A stretch of 64,000 bases of DNA, from positions 1,364,001 through 1,428,000 of the forward strand of contig BQFW01000014.1 of NCBI GenBank assembly GCA_020891255.1, read 5' to 3'. Shown here piece by piece: positions 12,102-25,184 of this stretch; the first letter of the stretch is position 1; each line of letters begins with the position of its first letter. A model generated the notes under the pieces. It was not told where the DNA came from. It searched no databases and saw only the letters and a program-made list of their open reading frames with translations. The translations under genes and the position numbers were made by a program. This DNA comes from Entomortierella parvispora E1425. Its lineage: Eukaryota; Fungi; Mortierellomycota.

Positions 12102-13364
12102 GAAAAAACACGTCAGCAACCTCACCTACTTTTCAGACATGCTAATATCCAGACCGAACGTCTTGCTATAGATCCAAATCCGTGTCAAGGATGGCAAGAA
12201 GCTGGAGCACAATGGCATCAAGGTCGAATTTGTCGGCAACATTGGTACGTTATCCGTCTTCTGCCCTTTTTTTGTTCCCACGAGACGCAAGCCCACACAT
12301 CTTGGCAGATCAAACTCAACCCAGGATTCTTTTGTTGTACCTACTAGAACTTTTTTACGATCGCGGGAACCACTACGAGTTTTCTTCGCGCCAACAGGAA
12401 TTGGCTGTGCCGGGAGAATTGAGGGCGAGCACAACCTTTGACTTTGAATTCAAGAATGTGGAAAAACTGTACGAGAGCTACCATGGCATCAACGTAAAGC
12501 TCCGGTACTTTATTCGCGTCACAATTCTGCGTCGTCTGGCCGATGTGGTCAAAGAGAGCGACATCTGGGTCTACTCTTACGTGATGCCTGCCGAGAATGC
12601 CAACAACTCGATTAAAATGGAAGTTGGTATCGAGGACTGTTTACATATCGAGTTTGAATACAACCGGTCCAAGTAAGTCGCGTTCTTTAGTTTGTTCTGA
12701 CTTGCCTAAACTGTTCGTTGCCCTGAAAAAAGGCCCTCCTTCCCGTCTTTTGCACTGACGCACCTTTTTTTTATCTTTATATCTTGACAGATATCATCTG
12801 AAGGATGTCATTGTTGGGAAGATATACTTCTTACTGGTTCGCATAAAGATCAAACACATGGAGTTATCGATCATCCGTCGAGAAACGACAGGAGCTGCAC
12901 CAAACCAATACAACGAAAGCGAGACTATCACCAAGTTCGAGATCATGGATGGCGCGCCTGTTCGCGGAGAAACCATCCCCATCCGTCTGTTCTTGGGGGG
13001 ATTCGAGCTGACACCTACTTTCAGAGAAGGTAATAGGACATGTTAGATGAGGAGATGGGATCGTTATGTTTCTTTGTTATGTACGTCTGTATTTGACTTG
13101 GCATGGTCACTAACAACTCTTCCTTAGTCAACAAAAAATTCTCCACCAGGTACTATCTCAACTTGGTTTTGGTTGATGAGGAGCATCGCCGATACTTCAA
13201 GCAACAGGAGATCACCATCTTCCGCCGCAGAGGCAAGTCGAAGGATTCTCTACGGCACTATCTGTAATTGCGCGCAGCTGTGACTAACTCGAGCTTTTCG
13301 TTCTTTCCCCTCAAAACTAGTGGACGACGGACTTGAACCTGAAGAAGGAGACGAAACTGCATAG
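11788..13364 (+). CDS. VPS26: Retromer cargo-recognition subunit Vps26 (7 exons, last intron GC-AG)
   Basis: PLYFDGETVAGK|IQIRVKDGKKLEHNGIKVEFVGNI|ELFYDRGNHYEF..FDFEFKNVEKLYESYHGINVKLRYF..IKMEVGIEDCLHIEFEYNRSK|YHLKDVIVGKIYFLLVRIKIKHMEL..KFEIMDGAPVRGETIPIRLFL..STRYYLNLVLVDEEHRRYFKQQEITIFR. Confidence 0.96.
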
Positions 13365-13520
13365 GACACACACTGCTTTGTAGATTGAATATATCCACGG
13401 AAGGAAAACTGCGCTGCAATAAACCTTTCGACTCTCTTTTATTTGCAAAACTGGCCGAATTTTGAGTAGGGCTATTAGAGGCGAGAGCCTGCGGAACAGT
13501 GGTCAATCTCTTACAAAACG

Positions 13521-15858
13521 TCAAGGGTAGATAAGCATCCTGGGTGCCAAAGCTGGTCCAAAAGCTGCATAGTAATCTCTCATGAGCTTGGACACGTTTT
13601 TGTCGTTCCTGAACATGTCCGTGTCCTAATCAAAGTATACCGTTAGTTCTTGCTCATCTCAGGCTGTTAAAATGGCGTGAACTCTGAAGGAATATGAAAA
13701 CTAATTACCGTAAGCATGAGTGCCTTGTTGTCTTGAAAAACGACGAGCTGCGACAAGTCTTTGTCAGTCACCAATGCAGGGTCCATCATCCCTGGTGGAG
13801 GCAAAGGAGTCAATGAGGGTCGTTTTCCGGTCCGAGTGTTTTCACCAGGAGAACTCTCATGAGGACGTCGTTTCCGCTTGGTGCCATCTTCATCGCTGCT
13901 GGAAGCGCCAGTGTCTGACAGTCCCTTGACATCGAGCGTATTAATATCTGTTTCATCCACGTCCATGCTCTCTGAGGATGACGACGAACGCCTCTGTGAT
14001 GCTTGTGCCAAGACTTTCTCACGGTTCTTTTTCTCAGCAGTTACTGTAATCATTAGTCCCTTTACTCTTGGGTGAAAAAGGTCGCAGAGACTGAGTGAGA
14101 AATACTGCCTCGATTGAAGCAAGTAGATGCAGCGCTCAAATGGTGTCCAAGTGAACGACTCCTATCCAAGAATGATAGTTAGGATAACATTCATATTAGT
14201 TTCTGGTGCTGCACATGTTTTTTCTTTGGTTGACTTTTGGTCTTTACCGGGTCCATGAGGTATGAAGGATGGTACATTGCCTTGTAGTGCGTCTTGGAAG
14301 CCGAATGGACGTAGTGGCCCATTGTATAGTACTCGATATCTTCATATCCTGGGATCGTCTTGAGCTCTTGGATGAGGGCGATCTCGCGCAGGGTACTGTA
14401 TTTTCCCAAGCTCAAGCTGGATAGAGTAGGGTCGTAGAAGAAGTAGTCTGATGAAACGCATCGTGGCAGGATATCAAGTACAGCCAGAGCCACAAGCTTG
14501 CCGTCCAGATAGAAGCAATAATGATATGTTCCGTATCCTTGAAAGTCGCGTTTCTCGAGTTTATTCTTTGGGCTCTCGATCTATCAAGCGTCAAGCGCGC
14601 AAAGAGGGGTTAGGTTAGAGCAAAGAAGACCAGGGGGCAGAGCGAGCTGTTTAGTGTATCATCTGACTTACAGACAGAGGGGTCAACGTTACGCTTTTAT
14701 CGAATGACTCTCGAGTGATCATAGATGGTGCAACGCCATGGATGCCCTTTTGATATTCGCAGAAAAGGTCAAACTTTTCCTGAGAATAAGTTGCTGGCTC
14801 CAACTTCACCTGTGAAAGAAAAGTAGGGGAGACGACCTTCGCAATTAGCAATTGCAACTTTGTAGAGACGTAGCTCCACCGAAAGGGCCACTCACTTTAA
14901 ACTGCCGCCAGCCTTCGACCGAAACACCCGTCTCTGTGTCCGAATCCGATGATCGAATTGCCTGGAGAAAGTCTGTGGGCACACTCTCGTTTTTGCCGAG
15001 CGATGGTGAGGTTGATTTCTGTCGAGTAGAGCGCTGAGTGTCGGAAGCTGTTTCGGCAGCGAGGCCATCATCCTCAAGGGCCACTGTATCCTCTCGAGTG
15101 ATGCTTTCCCGTGAGATCTTTAAAGGGACGTATTGATGTCGGATATATCGGATAACTCGACCCATAACGCGCCTCTGGCCCTTGGAGGGAGCGAACTTGG
15201 ATGCATCCAGACTATTTAACGAAACCCGGGGGTTAGCAAGAATAGGCCGCGGGGTTTACAACAGGCAGCCAGCACGGGCAACAAAGTTCTCTAACCGAAT
15301 AGTGTACTGCTTGCAGCAGCTAGAATTACGAAGAGCAATGAGACGCACAGGAGAAAAAAAAGCAAAACTCAGCACATCAGCTAACGTCATTCGATGATTG
15401 ACACCCAGGGTGACCGTATGAGAGGGGTTCCTTACCTATCTCTGACATTTGGCTTGTACAGGTAAAGGCCGAATCTAGGTAGACACCGGTGAAGAGCAAG
15501 AAAGTCAGGCGGTTGAGCCGTGAATTCGTTTGTGGTACCTTCTCAAAAGACAAACACCTGCAATCGTACCTCCGCCAGCCTCTATCCAACAGATCTTGGT
15601 AGTCCTAGAGAACGGGGTCAGCATAAAGAAGGGGAGACAGGAGACAAGGAGGTCACTTCTTTATGAACGCGTTCAGGTACTCGAAAGTTCAGCTGCATGT
15701 GCAGAGCACACGGTTTGGATGAGGACAATGGCACGTACCTGACTGGCCAGTCGGTAGGCGAATGCACCAAAGACATGCGTCGAGTTCTCGGAGCCACAAT
15801 AGCCGCAGGATGCAACAGAGAAGCCGGTGGGCTTGACAATGCTAAATGGCTCAGACAT
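13521..15858 (-). CDS. ATE1: Arginyl-tRNA--protein transferase 1 (multi-exon, several 24-40 nt micro-exons)
   Basis: SCGYC; DYQDLLDRGWRR; LYLYKPNVRDSCCKQYTIRLDASKF; EKFDLFCEYQKGIH; GTYHYCFYLDGKLVALAVLDILPRCVSSDYFFYDP..LGKYSTLREI..YYTMGHYVHS..HYKAMYHPSYLMDP. Confidence 0.92.
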
Positions 15859-16944
15859 TGCGCGCGCGTGAATGTGAGAATGGATGGAGGTGCAGAGTAA
15901 AAGCAGAAGAGCGAGTCGAGTGGGGAACGAGTTGCAAAAGAGGAAGGAAGAAGGGAAGGGTGGGCAAGGGCATGTATGTGGGTATGTGGAAGAGGGGGTG
16001 GAAAGAGGGGGGGCGTGTGCGGGCAAGAAGGACACAAAGAGGCTGGCTGTGGTCCACGCATCATTTCCTCGCCCCTTCTGTCGTCCCATGCGGCGCGTGC
16101 GGAGAAAGCACACGCCCACCGGTCACATGACGGTAGCAGGGTGGACTGCATGTAGCGAGCAGGGTGAGGCTTCCTACGTTAAGTCTGCTAGCTGAACGGT
16201 CCGGGGGGCTGGTCGACATCCGTCTGACCCAGGAGCAAGTACCTATCGGCAATGGACCAGCAGTTACGAACCGGTGGTGGCCATAACCCCCATTCTCCTA
16301 TCCTTGGCGATAAATGTCGATGTCGATCTTTCTCTATCTTCTCTTCTTCCATGTATTCTCCAGCATTGCAGGTTGAGACCAAAGTTAGTGTGGACGCTTC
16401 CTTTGTTCCCGCCATTCGGCGCAGAAGACACCATGAGCCGTTCATCTCTATGAAAAGCTGGGCTGACAAAGTGAGCCCTAACTGAAGGAGCGCCCACCTC
16501 GCGTTCCCTCGGACGTAAAGAGACAGGATCTCATAAACTGCGAGAGGTGATTCTTCTTCTTCGCACTGACAGCCATCGTTCCCAGTGTGTAATGAACAGA
16601 GCAGAGCTGAGGCATGGACAAGCCGGAGGGTTGTAGCGCGTGTCGTTACCCCACCGCGCTCCGGTGTAGATGAATGTGCCTGTGCCTGAGAGCCAGTGTC
16701 TGGCCCTACCAGCTTTGACCCTCACTGCTCAACAGAAGTGAAAAAAAAAAGGGCGGGAGCTATATTTCTTAATTTACTTTCCCCTTCACCACTCTCTTCT
16801 TCATCTCCTCATCTGCCGCTCTGCTCTCTCGCTCCTCCTTGTCCACCATCTCCCCTTGGCTGGTCTGAACCCCTGCCCATCTCCCGCCGAGGTATCGCTC
16901 TACTAGGCTAAGAGCATCCTCCTTCATCTGGCACGCTTCTCTCA

Positions 16945-18421
16945 ATGACATCATTGGGCGCACACGACCTCAGGGACATGTCATCTGCATCATCATCTCA
17001 GGGCAGACACCGCTCTGAATCGGTATCCTCCCATAGTCATGACCCTAATGGCACAAGCGGATCAAACTCATCACTGATGCCCCCGGATCAGACCAGACCC
17101 CGATCCTCCTCCAGCTCAAAGGCTCTTCTCACCATGGCCCTCCTCGAAGCTCAGTCTGCAGTTCAGCTTGACAACGCGAACGATATTACTGCAGCCCTTG
17201 ATGCCTACCGCCGTGCGGTGACATTGCTAGGCAAGGTCATGGATGCCAGCTCCTCGGCAGAGGAGCAAGAACGACTGCGTACCATTGTAGGTGGTTGGAT
17301 GACTTGACGGGATTCGGGTCGATGCTTTGGCGCTTAGCGGGACCGGTCGATTATATGTTTGAAACAATATCCTTCATTTCGTCTATTAACATTGCCCACT
17401 TTGTTTTTTCTCCTACTTAGCATGACTCTTACCTATTCAGAATACACCTGCTCTCCACCCCACCAGCTCCCCCATCTTCCTCAGCAGCAGATTTTGGAAA
17501 ACACATGCTCTCTTCCCCACCAACCCCTTCAGTACCATCCGCAACAGCATCAGAAACGACTGCCCAGACCTCACCGTCGCGCCAACCCCCTGCTCATCAT
17601 CAACAACAACAGCAGCAGATGAACATGATGTCAGCACCGCAACACCCTCCTCCTCAGCAACCTCTCCCTCCACCTCCTCGGCAGTCAGATTCGTCGCGTG
17701 TCTCGGGCTCCTCCAACGTCTCTTTAATCACACCTGCATCCTCTTCAAACGCGCTTTCCTCAGCGCAAAATGGCGATTCTGAATTGGTTGCACAAGGTGT
17801 TGTCCCACCGCCCAGACGCACCAAAAAACATGTCCCTGTACCACTGCAACCGTCCAGCTTGACCAGTTCCAACGTTCAACCACCCAGTGAACCCAGGACT
17901 CCTAGACAAAGATCGGACTCAACATCTGCAGGGGAACATGGATCACCAGGGCACACTCGTCACCATACCCGCTCGCACACTGGAGGATCTACTCACAGGA
18001 TGACTGGTGATCTCATCTCTGCAGCGGAGCAACTCCAGATCCAGGCTCAGCAACGGGTTCCAGGAGTTCCCAAAGTCAGGAGTCGCGACCAGCTCGGAGT
18101 CCCTATTCATCCAGCGCCAACGACGCCTCTCCCGCCCACACCTACCGCCCTCGGCCCACCCCCCTCCACGCCTCCGCCTGTCCCTGTGCCAGGGACCAGC
18201 TCTGCTTCCAGCACCCCAACTCACTCGAATCCCTCCACACCTGGTCTGGGTAGTGTTCAGATGTTTTCGACATCGTTGCCAGCACTTCCACCCACACCGC
18301 CTCCAAAATCACCTCTCCCTCAAATACCAACCAACTTAGTTTCGCCTCCAGCATCACCAGCGCATGCTACTCGTCGAATCTCGCCACTGGTACCTTCCTC
18401 TGCGTCACCTTCTGGTCCAAC

Positions 18422-18487
<66 letters not shown>

Positions 18488-20487
18488 GCAGCAGCATCAT
18501 TCTGGACATGGGATCTCTTCTCAATATTCCTCTTCTCCTCTTCAGAAATCATTCATGTCACCTCCCGAGAGTTCCCCAGAAAATGAGGCCAGCATTACGG
18601 AGCAGGGACGCTTTTATGGCGAGGAGCCAGTCTCCGATGAATGGCTCCCCAATTTGTCGTCCAAGGCTTACTCTATCTCTCAGGAACATGTTTCAGAAGA
18701 CCCTTACCCACGCGAGCGAGTGACCTCGAAAGGTAATCTTAGTTTTTTCTTCCGCCACTAATATTTACCTTTTTCTATGTGACTCTGACAAACTTGCTTT
18801 GGTTCAATAGGTTCGTACACAACAGCTCAGATCGAGCAGATCCGCTCAAGAGCAGCCAGTGTTGCAGATTCCAGTCATCACACTCAGCAGCAGCAACAAC
18901 AGCAGCAACAGTCAAGTTTGCCACATCATCAAAGATCTGCGTCTCAATCTTCAACGATTTCTTCGCACCATTTGCCAATCGCGCAGTCTTCCAGATCACC
19001 ACTGTCAGGGCCCATGTACAACTTCCAAGGGGGAGCGTCCTCTATTAGCTCACTGCATGCTCTCGATAACCCTTCATCTTATAAGCGCGTTTCGGATTCT
19101 GCCCGCTCCGTCAAGGAAGGTAGTCCGTTGATGCGTTCATCTGCAGGTTTGGGAATTGCTAATGGCACAGGAGCAATCAACTCTCCATCCCCATTATCAT
19201 CATCCCCTGGCCAACAGCAAATTCGCCCAACAGTGCTACAGCATCAGAGCAGTAATTCTAAGCTTTCGAGCAAGTCGGCATCGCCTTCCATGGATAAGTC
19301 GTGGAGTCCAAACTTTCACAACAGCCCTGGACAGCAAACATCCACTGGTGGGATGACCCTGTTCGATGTTATTTCCGAAGACCCCTTCGGAGGAGTCAGC
19401 TTCGTAAGTTCTTGGTCGAATTCTTCATTACTAAATGAAGTGGAAAAGAACTATTGTTGTTACAGGAAACTCACGCTCTCCTTTTATTTAGCCTATCCCA
19501 CCCCCATTTGTCGAAGCTGCCCCTACGGATCCCTATCTCCGCTGCTTCTGGCTCATCCACAAACTTGAACAGACAATGCTTACAGGCGGATTTCTCTCGA
19601 AGCGACTCTACGTTCCGCGAACGATATGGTATCAGTCTGCTGTCCGTCTCCCCGCCGCGGATTCCAAGATTAGCGCTTGCCAAACGCTTTCTGCTGCTTT
19701 TAGTCGAATTGCAACGCAGTCTCGTAATGGTGCTTTGAATCTTTTAGTCGAAGCTGGAGGCGGTCCGGAGGGAGACACGGAGCGGATGACTGTACTCAAA
19801 GAGCTGGAAAGCCTTGAGACAGTGGCCCATCAAGTGCAGGCCAAGCTGAGCAAAAAGCTATCGTTTATTCATCGTCCAGGCAAAAACGGTGGTGCACCTC
19901 TCACGATTGCAACGAACCAGGGTTACCAAGAAGATCAACAGGGTCCGCTTACGGGCGGAAATGCAAGTGTTTACAACTTGGCGTCGTATGACTGGAGTGG
20001 CAGTACCGAAGAGCCAATGCCAGGAAGTTCACTTACCCATGAGAAGTCGATCAAGAAGGCTGCCAGCAATTCTGATGCTGGATCCGGAGGACTAAAAAGT
20101 CAGTGGAAGAGCTTCTCAAAGAGTGTTCAAAAGTCAATCGCTAACGACAGAGTGTAAGTTGAAAAAGTACCCAGGCGTGCAGTGGTCTCTTGAATGACCG
20201 AGACCAAGCTCTTACTCCTTTTTTTTTTTATCCTTGGGCATATTAGTGAAGACACGTCTTCGTACACGGAAGCCGTGGTTCGACTCTTCCAAGCGAGCTA
20301 TGTCCTCGAGACAATGCTGCGCCATTATAGCGCACTCTCACCATTTCAGACTCATATCCAAATTGTTAATCGATTACGACGACTATGTGACGTACTGCAT
20401 CAGGTTATTTGTGCCTTTGTGGTCCGCGACCTTGGCGAACTCATGGGCAAATATGTAAAGAGGGTTGGATCGTGGGTTGCGGAGTAG
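16945..20487 (+). CDS. MIT-domain protein with a long P/S/Q-rich disordered middle and a helical C-terminal domain (multi-exon)
   Basis: MIT-like KALLTMALLEAQSAVQLDNANDITAALDAYRRAVTLLGKVM..EEQERLRTI|HDSYLFRIHLL. C-terminal region: LRTIWYQSAV...YTEAVVRLFQASYVLE..RLRRLCDVLHQVICAFVVRDLGELMGKYVKR. Confidence 0.8.
18423..18494 (+). repeat. CAG/CAA trinucleotide repeat encoding ~24 Gln
   Basis: (CAGCAA)n followed by (CAA)n, in frame in the MIT-domain gene. Confidence 0.95.
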
Positions 20488-21340
20488 AAATAAATACCGG
20501 CCAAGTTCCTGCTCAAAGCTCAAATTGACTGCCTCAATTGTTCCAAGTTTTGAGCCCTGCCCGCTCCTTTTGCCTATATCTGAGAGGTTGAGAAGACCCC
20601 CAGGTTTGTTCCACCTTTGTGACTCCTAGTTGACTGAGAAAAGAAGGACTGGCTTTTTCCTTCTCTTTTCTTTTCTTTTTTTTTCCTTTCTTCTCTATTG
20701 CTGTCAATGGACGCCGCTGGCATTGCTGGTGGCTCGTCGTTGTGGTCCCAATGGACTACGGTGTGTCCAGGGGTAGCGTAGAGCAAGCCCAATGGACCCA
20801 GGAGAACATGTTCGCCTGGGACCCCATGCACACAAATAAGCCGGCCAAGCGACGTATTTCTGGGGACGGAAATCATGTCGAAAGGTGACTTTTGCGTGCC
20901 ATATTCAATATTCAACCTTCAAAAAAAAAAAAAAGACATTCGGATGCATTGGCATCAGAGCCGGAGATGCTGGGTGTGAATCTGGAAAAAAAAAATGAAA
21001 AAAAAAAAAATGAAAAAAAAAAAAGCTTGCGCACGTTGGCACACCTCTCCTCTCCTTCTCCTCTCCCCTTCATTCAGTCTGCCTTCATCCCACTCCCACC
21101 TTTGTTGTCTTTCTGCACACATCCAGCACTTTCTTCCGACCCCTCGGCCGTGCTTGTCAGCCTTTGCTCTGCGCCCCTTTTCTCCAGCTCCTTCACTTTG
21201 CAACAGCTCAAACAAGATACCCACCTCACTCGCTGGAGCTCACCTTCTTTCTGGATCCATAACGCCTGTGATTCTCGGACTGAATTGTCAAGGATCAGAC
21301 ATCACCTTCAACCAACCGTAGTCCTTGTTGCTACGCCATC

Positions 21341-24300
21341 ATGATCCAGGAGACGCTGGAAAAGTTTCTCCATCCACCGCCATTGGCGACCCTGGTCCTG
21401 ATGGTTTCAATCGTGTTTTTATTACCTCGTCATCACCGACAAAAGCTTATTGCATTGGTGGAACATGTCCTTGCCGTGGACCTCATGAGCCTTATAGAGT
21501 CATTGCCTTCACTGTGGCAAGTCTGGGCCATGCTTCCCTCCTGTCAAAGTCTCATTACCAACCCGCTTACAAGGATACTCCTTGGTTGGGAGCAAGAGGA
21601 CTTGACCCCGGACAATGGCTTTTTTTCGCTTGGAATTCGCCCCGTGTTGCATGAACATGGAAATGCCACCACCGCGACTGCCCTGCCTGACAGGTCAAAG
21701 ATCACGAGCCGAGTGCAGCTGAGCCAGCTGAACAATGCAGCTGCTCAAGGTAGGTGTGGTTTTTTTTTCTTTTTCGTTCCTCAGGTAAATGATGCTCCTC
21801 AATCTGTTACTGACTGGTTAATTCCTCGTTGGGTTCTCTCAGGAATCTCGCTCGCCTTGAATGGGACCACCAAAGCACCGACTACAAGCTCGCTTCGATA
21901 TGTCCATGGACTCGTCAACACTGGAAACTCCTGCTTCTTGAACTCTGTTCTGCAGGTGAGAAACAGAAAGCAGAATGTTTTGGGTGTGTTTCCTGTCATA
22001 TTCGATGTGCGCAATGGCACTGACCAAAGCACCGTTACTTCTCTTGCAACGGCTCAACTTTTTAGGCACTGTCCGCACTCACAGTTCTTTCGCCCTATCT
22101 CGAGTCACTCCTTCATCGGTCAGTAGACTTGCACTTGGAGGATGATGACATCCAGGTAACGGAAGCGCTACTCGACACCATCGAAGGTAAGCAGTCAATC
22201 CGCACTATTCTTTTCACTTCATCTGTCAGAAAACAACAACTGACTAATTTAATTTTTTTTTGTATCTTGCAAACATGTCACTCAGCATTGCAGCAACCTC
22301 TCGCATCTCGCGATTCGTTTAGACCTCGAGACCTTGTTTCGGCTTTAGAGGCATCAAGAGCCAGAGACCCGAAATCATCTGGACATCGTAGCAGCATCAT
22401 GAACAGGGAGCAGCAGGATGCACAGGAACTTTTTCAAATGATCTCGAGCGCCTTGAGCACAGAAGAATCGCGTATCGACAAATTACAATCGACACGTCCT
22501 CTTTTGAATATCGACTTTCTCAAGAAACTTGTCGGGCTGGGTCAACATCAACATCAACATTTGGTCAAGAAGATGCCATCGAACCCAATGAACGGGTTGC
22601 TCGCGAGCAGGCTCTCGTGCATGCAATGCGGATATACCGAGGCAGTGCGCCACTTCACATTCGATAACCTTTCTCTGTCTTTGCCATCAAGTCACTCCTG
22701 CAATATTGAAGACTGTTTACGACAATACATCAACCTCGAGTCGCTGCACGATGTCGTTTGCCGGAAATGCTCGTTGATCGCCACCTTGACTCGCATCGGG
22801 AACGAAATCAAGCGTCTAGATATTGCGCCTACACCAAACAGCAAATTGGAGCGACGGAGGCAAGTCAGTATGGAAACAGATGATGACGAGTCAGAGGACA
22901 ACTGCGATGTTTCAGATAGCGACCAGAGTGTGCTAGATTCGGACGATATGATGCCTACACGTCTGGTATCCTCAAAGCCTCTGACGAAATCAGAGAAGGC
23001 GGCGGCGAAGGCTACCTTGGAAAATCATCGAGAATTGCTGGAGTGCGCGATACAGTCTGATGTGGAGCGTACATTTCCCAACCTCAAGCTGTCAAAGGTC
23101 ATATCTCGGCATTGCACCAAACAAGTCATGTTGGCCAAACCTCCAAAGGTTCTCTGTCTCCACTTTATTCGATCCCAGTACTCGCCTTATGGAACCGTCA
23201 GCAAAAACAGCTGCCATGTCAACTTCCCTGAGTATTTGGATTTGGCACCATTTTGTACAAGCGGCATCCTGTTGACGCAGCCCAATCTGCCAATGTCTAT
23301 CTCGGAAAAGGATCTGGAACTTCTCAGCACCAAAGACTCACCCAAGAAGAATCCATTGGCGGAGCAGCCTCAAACACAGCAACCCGTATCACCAAAACGC
23401 ATTCTTTACAGGCTGCAATCTGTCGTTGTCCACTATGGAGGCCATTCTTATGGACACTTTATTGCTTATCGTCGAAAGCCACAGAGTATGATCTCAAAGG
23501 TTCGACCAGTGGGCCTTGGCCTCGAGTCAACATATGTCGAGAGGGCTGGATCCCTCTATGACAATGGCGGTAGAGTCGAAGATTGGTTTCGTGTCTCTGA
23601 TGAGACTGTTGACTCGGTCTCTTTGGACAATGTTCTGGGATCGAATCCCTACATGTGTCTGTATGAGAAGGTTGAAACGGCAGAGCCTTCGGCTGAATCA
23701 ACAGAGACAGATCCAAATGGTGCTAAATTGTCCTTCCAGGCAGTGGAACTTGGGTTGAAGGCACTTCTTTTCAGGGATATAAAGGCGAGCGATGACCCGA
23801 TCAAGAAAGAATTGGTACCAGACCAATCTCGTATTGATTTGTCGTCCATATCCGAGCAGGAATACCTGAAGCTGTTCAAGGAAAGACCCAAGGCAATGTC
23901 CATTCACTCACGGATGACAAATGCGAATCACGACGAGGATATGTCGGACATGGAAAGCCTACAATCTCACGAGGACGAGCGAGCATGGCGATCCTTTGTT
24001 TCTTCACCCAATTCGACAACACCACCTTCTCCAGGCTCTGGCTCATCAGACACTTCCGCGAACTCTTCCTCGTTTACCTCTCCGATCTTGAAACAACGGC
24101 CCAACCACAAGAAACACCATCAACACAGCGCCATGCCGTTGGTCAACAGCCTCCGAATTCAATCTGTGTGCACACCTGATTTAGAAGATTCACTCGTTGG
24201 ATCCTCTGAATCGTCTTCGCCGCCCTCTCCAAGTATACCCGAGGCCTCGTCACTCTCCATGTCGCCAACTTTGGCCGCGGTTGTGTCGAGTATCGACTCC

Positions 24301-24405
24301 AAACCCTCATTCAATTCAACAATCAGCACGCGCTCACCCTCAGCCACCAAATCAACCAAGGCAAACCACAACCGTTCGTCTGGGCATGGTCGAAAGAAAA
24401 GATAG
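21341..24405 (+). CDS. Ubiquitin C-terminal hydrolase (USP/peptidase C19) with an N-terminal transmembrane segment (USP30/Ubp1/Ubp16-like)
   Basis: N-terminal hydrophobic LATLVLMVSIVFLL; Cys box GLVNTGNSCFLNSVLQ; EQQDAQELFQ; GLLASRLSCMQCGY; His box VVVHYGGHSYGHFIAYRR; WFRVSDETV..NPYMCLYE. Confidence 0.92.
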
Positions 24406-24447
24406 TCGCAATAAACCTTCTTTTTTGACGCCACCAAATGCACATAT

Positions 24448-24483
24448 CACGTGTGTATAAAAGCACGTGATATATCACGTGCT
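24448..24483. promoter_or_regulatory. Three CACGTG E-boxes, a TATAAAAG and a 22-bp perfect palindrome upstream of the tRNA
   Basis: CACGTG at 24448; TATAAAAG at 24456; AGCACGTGATATATCACGTGCT at 24462-24483 is its own reverse complement. Function is inferred. Confidence 0.45.
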
Positions 24484-24561
24484 CGTCGGGCTCTCTTTTA
24501 TCTTTGTTGAATTGTGAATGGTGGCCATCGGAGTTTGACCGGTCTCTTCTGATTGGTCATT

Positions 24562-24634
24562 GCCCCAATAGTTTAGTGGTTATAACGTTTCACTCGTAAT
24601 GAAAAGGTCCTCGGTTCAACTCCGAGTTGGGGCA
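24562..24634 (+). tRNA. tRNA-Thr(CGT), intronless, 73 nt
   Basis: Acceptor GCCCCAA/TTGGGGC; D arm containing AGTGG; anticodon stem TTTCA/TGAAA with loop CT-CGT-AA; T arm CTCGG-TTCAACT-CCGAG; discriminator A; T-run shortly downstream. Confidence 0.95.
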
Positions 24635-25184
24635 CTCCTTTTGCTTCACAGTCCTTGCGGTTTCTTTTTGCTCGAAGACGTCGTCAAGTGCTGCTTTTTG
24701 ATCACCAAGGTTGCATACCTGCGCAATGAAGAAAGGCCATCCATTCCTGCCGGCTGTTAATAGCTTGTGTTGGATCGCATACATTGAGTTATCTTGAGGT
24801 CCTAGCTATTTTGATGGATATTTTTGTTCACGCGCCGTCAATGACAGAGGCGCGTGGCTTGCCTGAGAGGGGCGACGCAAAAAAAATTATTTTTTGTTAG
24901 ATTTTTTTTTTTTCTTTTTTTTTTTTCGCGTCCACAGTTTTGCTCTTTTGTTTCCTTGTTTCTTTTGTTTTGAGATTCTCACCTCCTTTTCTCATCCAGT
25001 CATCACCCACATTCCGACTCGACTCGACCTTGGTGCATTACTCAACCGTTCATTCACAAGGAAACTGTTTAAATCGTTCTTGACATCCGTTCTCATTAGT
25101 GGAGCAACGTTTTTATTTTCCTTTTTACTTTATTTTTCCCCCTCTGTTCGCTTCTTTATTTTCTCTTTTTTTTTTCTTTTCGTG

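Noticed and set aside
17365-17376. ATATCCTT resembling a U12-type donor
   Set aside because: It lies inside a canonical GT-AG intron that already restores the reading frame.
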